64,000 nt of DNA, from assembly GCA_036525185.1 (NCBI GenBank), contig DATDAW010000029.1:13162-77161 (forward strand), in the 5' to 3' direction. The position numbers and the translations under genes were made by a program. The notes under the pieces are model-generated. The model was not told the origin of the DNA and ran no database searches. It worked only from the letters and a program-made list of their open reading frames with translations. This document shows positions 59,646-64,000 of this stretch, piece by piece (position 1 is the first letter of the stretch; each line of letters starts with the position of its first letter). This stretch comes from Chthoniobacterales bacterium (GTDB lineage: Bacteria > Verrucomicrobiota > Verrucomicrobiia > Chthoniobacterales > DASVRZ01).

Positions 59646-60932
59646 ATGAACGTCGTACGTCACTCAGACCTTAATTTCCCCGACACAATTGCCGCGCTCA
59701 ACCGTTTTGCGGAGCCGTCTCCCAATGTCCGCCAAACGGTAGCTGAAATCATCACCAATGTCCGGTCCAACGGTGATACCGCTCTCATCGATTACACTTT
59801 CAAATTTGGAGGTCCGTCGCTTGAGCCGGCTCAACTCTTGGTCAATCCGTCCGAAACAATGGCGGCGGTCGCCTCACTCACCGACGAAACCCGGGCCACG
59901 CTGGCTGCGTGCCATGCAAACGTCACCGCTTTTGCCAGCTATGGACTTCGCCAAAACTGGAGCATCCTCAACGCCCAAGGCGTTCGCGTTGGCGAAAACT
60001 TTGATCCCTTCCGGCGTGTCGGGATTTATGTTCCGGGCGGCACGGCTCCGCTCGTTTCGACAGCGATCATGACCGTCACATTGGCCACGGTTGCTGGCGT
60101 CTCAGAGATCGTCGTCACGACGCCTGCCGGCTCTGATGGCAAAATCAACTCCGCCCTTCTTTCCGCACTCCAACTGGCGGGAGCGACAGAAGTCTACAAA
60201 GTGGGCGGAGCGCAGGCAATCGCGGCTCTAGCGTTCGGCACCGAAACCATCCGGCCTGTCGCGAAAATTTTCGGGCCAGGGAATCAATATGTCATCGAAG
60301 CGAAACGACAGGTTTTCGGCAAGGTCAGCATCGACCAGCTCCCCGGGCCGAGCGAAATCCTGATCATTGCCGACGAAACCGCCAATCCTGCATGGGTCGC
60401 AGCCGACCTACTGGCGCAGGCTGAACACGGTCATGACAGCGTCATCGGTTTCCTCACAGACTCTGAAAAATTGCTTTCCGCTGTTCGAGCTGAGATTGAC
60501 ACACAATCACAAACTCTTACACGGCAGACGTTTCTAAAGGAAGTGACGGGCCGAAACGCGTTTCTCATTCTGGTGGAGGACCTGGATCAGGCCGTTCAGA
60601 TCGCGAACAATTTTTCCCCGGAGCACCTGACCATTGCGACTCGAGATCCCGCTCAAATCGCTGGCGACATCCGCACGGCTGGTGCGATCTTTCTCGGCTC
60701 CTGGTCTCCGGTTGCTGGCGGCGATTTCCTGGCCGGTCCGAGCCATACGCTGCCCACCGGAGGCGCCGGAAAATCATTCTCGGGTTTGACGGTTGATCAA
60801 TTTCAACGCCGGACCAGCATCCTCGAATTCGATGAGAAATCGCTTCGGGAATCGGCTCCCATCATAGCTGCCGCCGCCACGCTGGAGGGTCTCGACGCCC
60901 ACGCGCGGTCCGCGACCATACGCTTGGGGTGA
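59646..60932 (+). CDS. hisD: Histidinol dehydrogenase
   Basis: GIYVPGGTAPLVST, GGAQAIAALAFGT, GPGNQYV, AQAEHG, FLGPSHTLPT-like motifs. Confidence 0.95.
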   Translation: MNVVRHSDLNFPDTIAALNRFAEPSPNVRQTVAEIITNVRSNGDTALIDYTFKFGGPSLEPAQLLVNPSETMAAVASLTDETRATLAACHANVTAFASYGLRQNWSILNAQGVRVGENFDPFRRVGIYVPGGTAPLVSTAIMTVTLATVAGVSEIVVTTPAGSDGKINSALLSALQLAGATEVYKVGGAQAIAALAFGTETIRPVAKIFGPGNQYVIEAKRQVFGKVSIDQLPGPSEILIIADETANPAWVAADLLAQAEHGHDSVIGFLTDSEKLLSAVRAEIDTQSQTLTRQTFLKEVTGRNAFLILVEDLDQAVQIANNFSPEHLTIATRDPAQIAGDIRTAGAIFLGSWSPVAGGDFLAGPSHTLPTGGAGKSFSGLTVDQFQRRTSILEFDEKSLRESAPIIAAAATLEGLDAHARSATIRLG

Positions 60933-60947
60933 TCCGATGGCTTTGCG

Positions 60948-62285
60948 CTATAACCTGAGCCTGGCCACGCAACCCGTTCGATCGAGGCGGTTTTCAAGCG
61001 TTAGTGTCCCGCCGTGCGACTCCGCGATCTGACGGCTCAACGCGAGCCCAATTCCAGTCCCGTTCGGTTTTGTCGTAAAAAACGGCACGAATAAATTCGC
61101 GTCGCTCATTAAACCGGGCCCCTCGTCGAGTACTTCGATTTCGATGTTTGAGCCGGTGGAAATCCACCTGATCGCGACCTTTCCACCGGTCTCCAGCGAG
61201 GCATCGACAGCATTGCGAATGAGATTGATGAGGAGTTGTTCCAGCTGATCGCCATCCGCCTGAAGTTCAACCGCCGGTCCAGATTCAACTTGGACGCCAA
61301 ACCGGGTTTCGAGACCGGCGACCCGTCGGATCAAATCGGCGATGTTCACGCTGCGCAACGTCGGTGCCGGCAAACGCGCGAGCTGCGCATAGGCTTGCAT
61401 GAATCGCTGCAACGACTCGGACCGTGTCCGGATGATCTGCAAGCCGCGCTGGAGATCTGCTTCCCAATCGGGCAGTCGCGGCTGGCGCTGGATGAGGGTT
61501 TCAAGACTGCCGGCAAGGGATTTGATTGGAGCCAGCGAGTTGTTTAACTCATGACCCAACACTCGGACGAGCCGTCTCCAGGCGTTTCGTTCTTCCTCGC
61601 GCAACGCCCAACTCAAATCGGTTAGAATCACCAGCGTCCGCGGCAACCCATTCTCCCGGAACCAGCTGCGCCGAACCGACCAGCGTCCCGTCCCCCCCGG
61701 CAGCGAAAGGGAAAGTGGCACATCCTCAGCAGCTTGCAGGGCGTCAAGAAGGCCGATGTCCACTGCCATCCGTCCGGCCAGTTTTGCCAGCGGCTGGCCG
61801 AGCAATTTCTCCCCGGCACGATTAGCAAGCCGGAGACGAGCGTTTTGATCAAAAATAAAAACGGCCGCATCGATTTCAGCCATGACGAGCCTCAAAAGGC
61901 TCAACGCCTCAAGCGCTCCGGTTCGTTGTCGTTGCAGGGTGTCGCCCAGCGAATTGATTTCAAAGAACACTTCGCCCAGCGCGTCACCGTGGCGGGCGCC
62001 ACGGGCGCGAATGGAAAAATCCTCTTCGCGGAGCGCCGCGAGTAGGTTCGCGATAGTCTGCAGTGGGCGTTTGGCCCGGGCGCGTAGAAGGAGTGCGCCC
62101 CCGACGCTCGACAGCAGAATGAGAAGTGTAAATGTCCAGCGAAGTTTGGCGGAATGATCGTCCGCCCACAACAGCACGAGCGCGACCAACATCGCCGGGA
62201 TGCCCGAGGCGAAAGCCACCAGTGCAAGCCGATTCTCCAACGGATCGTGCGGGGAACGAACGGTTCTGAAATGGGGGCCTGACAT
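60948..62285 (-). CDS. Sensor histidine kinase (two TM helices, HAMP/PAS-like linker, HisKA, HATPase_c)
   Basis: H-box LGHELNNSLAPI, N-box LINLIRNAVDA, G-boxes DEGPGL and GTGIGLALSRQI. Confidence 0.88.
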   Translation of the reverse strand: MSGPHFRTVRSPHDPLENRLALVAFASGIPAMLVALVLLWADDHSAKLRWTFTLLILLSSVGGALLLRARAKRPLQTIANLLAALREEDFSIRARGARHGDALGEVFFEINSLGDTLQRQRTGALEALSLLRLVMAEIDAAVFIFDQNARLRLANRAGEKLLGQPLAKLAGRMAVDIGLLDALQAAEDVPLSLSLPGGTGRWSVRRSWFRENGLPRTLVILTDLSWALREEERNAWRRLVRVLGHELNNSLAPIKSLAGSLETLIQRQPRLPDWEADLQRGLQIIRTRSESLQRFMQAYAQLARLPAPTLRSVNIADLIRRVAGLETRFGVQVESGPAVELQADGDQLEQLLINLIRNAVDASLETGGKVAIRWISTGSNIEIEVLDEGPGLMSDANLFVPFFTTKPNGTGIGLALSRQIAESHGGTLTLENRLDRTGCVARLRL

Positions 62286-62297
62286 ACGAGATTATGA

Positions 62298-62420
62298 CAA
62301 ATGGGGATGGGCGAACGGACGAAATGCGTACGGACTAATGGCCCGTGAATGCCCTTCCGGACAGAGCAGGAGAGGGGAACGTTTGTTTTTCATTCGTAAT
62401 CCGTCATTCGCCCATTTTGC
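62298..62420. repeat. Weaker imperfect palindrome between the response-regulator and kinase genes
   Basis: caaatggggatgggcgaacggacgaaatg (left) against the reverse complement of ttcattcgtaatccgtcattcgcccattttg (right). They share aaatggg...cgaa..acgga..cgaa segments with indels. Confidence 0.4.
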
Positions 62421-62439
62421 TTTTTTGCTCATTTTTCCT

Positions 62440-63786
<1,347 letters not shown>

Positions 63787-64000
63787 GGCCGGGAAATTCC
63801 GCGAGGCGGCAGGAGATGACAAGTGGCAAGCGATTTGATCGGGTGTGAAACATGTTAGAGGCAGCCTTATGGTCGAACCGGAAACGGATGGAAACCCTTC
63901 GACTCGAACACACCGCGAATGGCAGAAAAAAATGAAACGATGGGAAATCGTTCAGCTAATCGGCTGCATCTGGCTGCGATGGAAGAAATGGAGGTGCGCC

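Noticed and set aside
63919-64000. Short open frames at the right edge (ATG at 63919 and 63932)
   Set aside because: They are too short and truncated by the window, with no motif support for either frame.

Overview
Dense, moderately GC-rich bacterial chromosome segment with about 58 supportable CDS and one tRNA-Pro(GGG). Almost all genes are housekeeping. They cover translation (rpsB, tsf), the envelope (PBP1A, lpxB, an LpxL-like/GT9 fusion, two YkuD-type proteins, secG), cofactor and amino-acid synthesis (ribD, thiD, panC, hisA, hisD, accA, larB, larC, PduO-type adenosyltransferase) and polyamines (aguA, aguB, deoxyhypusine-synthase-like). Transport (mgtE, crcB, an orphan SBP), carbohydrate genes (GH2 beta-galactosidase, AGE epimerase) and signalling (a Ser/Thr kinase, an NtrB/NtrC-like pair) are also present. 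Gene content and style (short Tsf, an AKP-rich H1-like protein, many leaderless or alternative starts) suggest a PVC/Verrucomicrobia-like soil bacterium, but this is a low-confidence inference. I see no integrase, transposase, phage genes, CRISPR array, toxin-antitoxin pair or recognisable defence island, so this reads as core genome, and I found no convincing novel multi-gene system. Six things deserve a second look. (1) A recurring class of long imperfect intergenic palindromes has arms built from short tandem words. (2) A stand-alone bacterial nitric-oxide-synthase oxygenase gene. (3) A tandem pair of uncharacterised paralogs, one carrying a SHOCT tail. (4) A translationally coupled HAD-phosphatase/glycerol-1-phosphate-dehydrogenase-like pair lies downstream of lpxB. 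(5) A ~950-nt stretch upstream of secG has no credible ORF. (6) A circularly permuted ATP-grasp/alpha-E pair lacks its usual transglutaminase partner. All protein calls rest on motif recognition by eye in the supplied translations. No database search was run.
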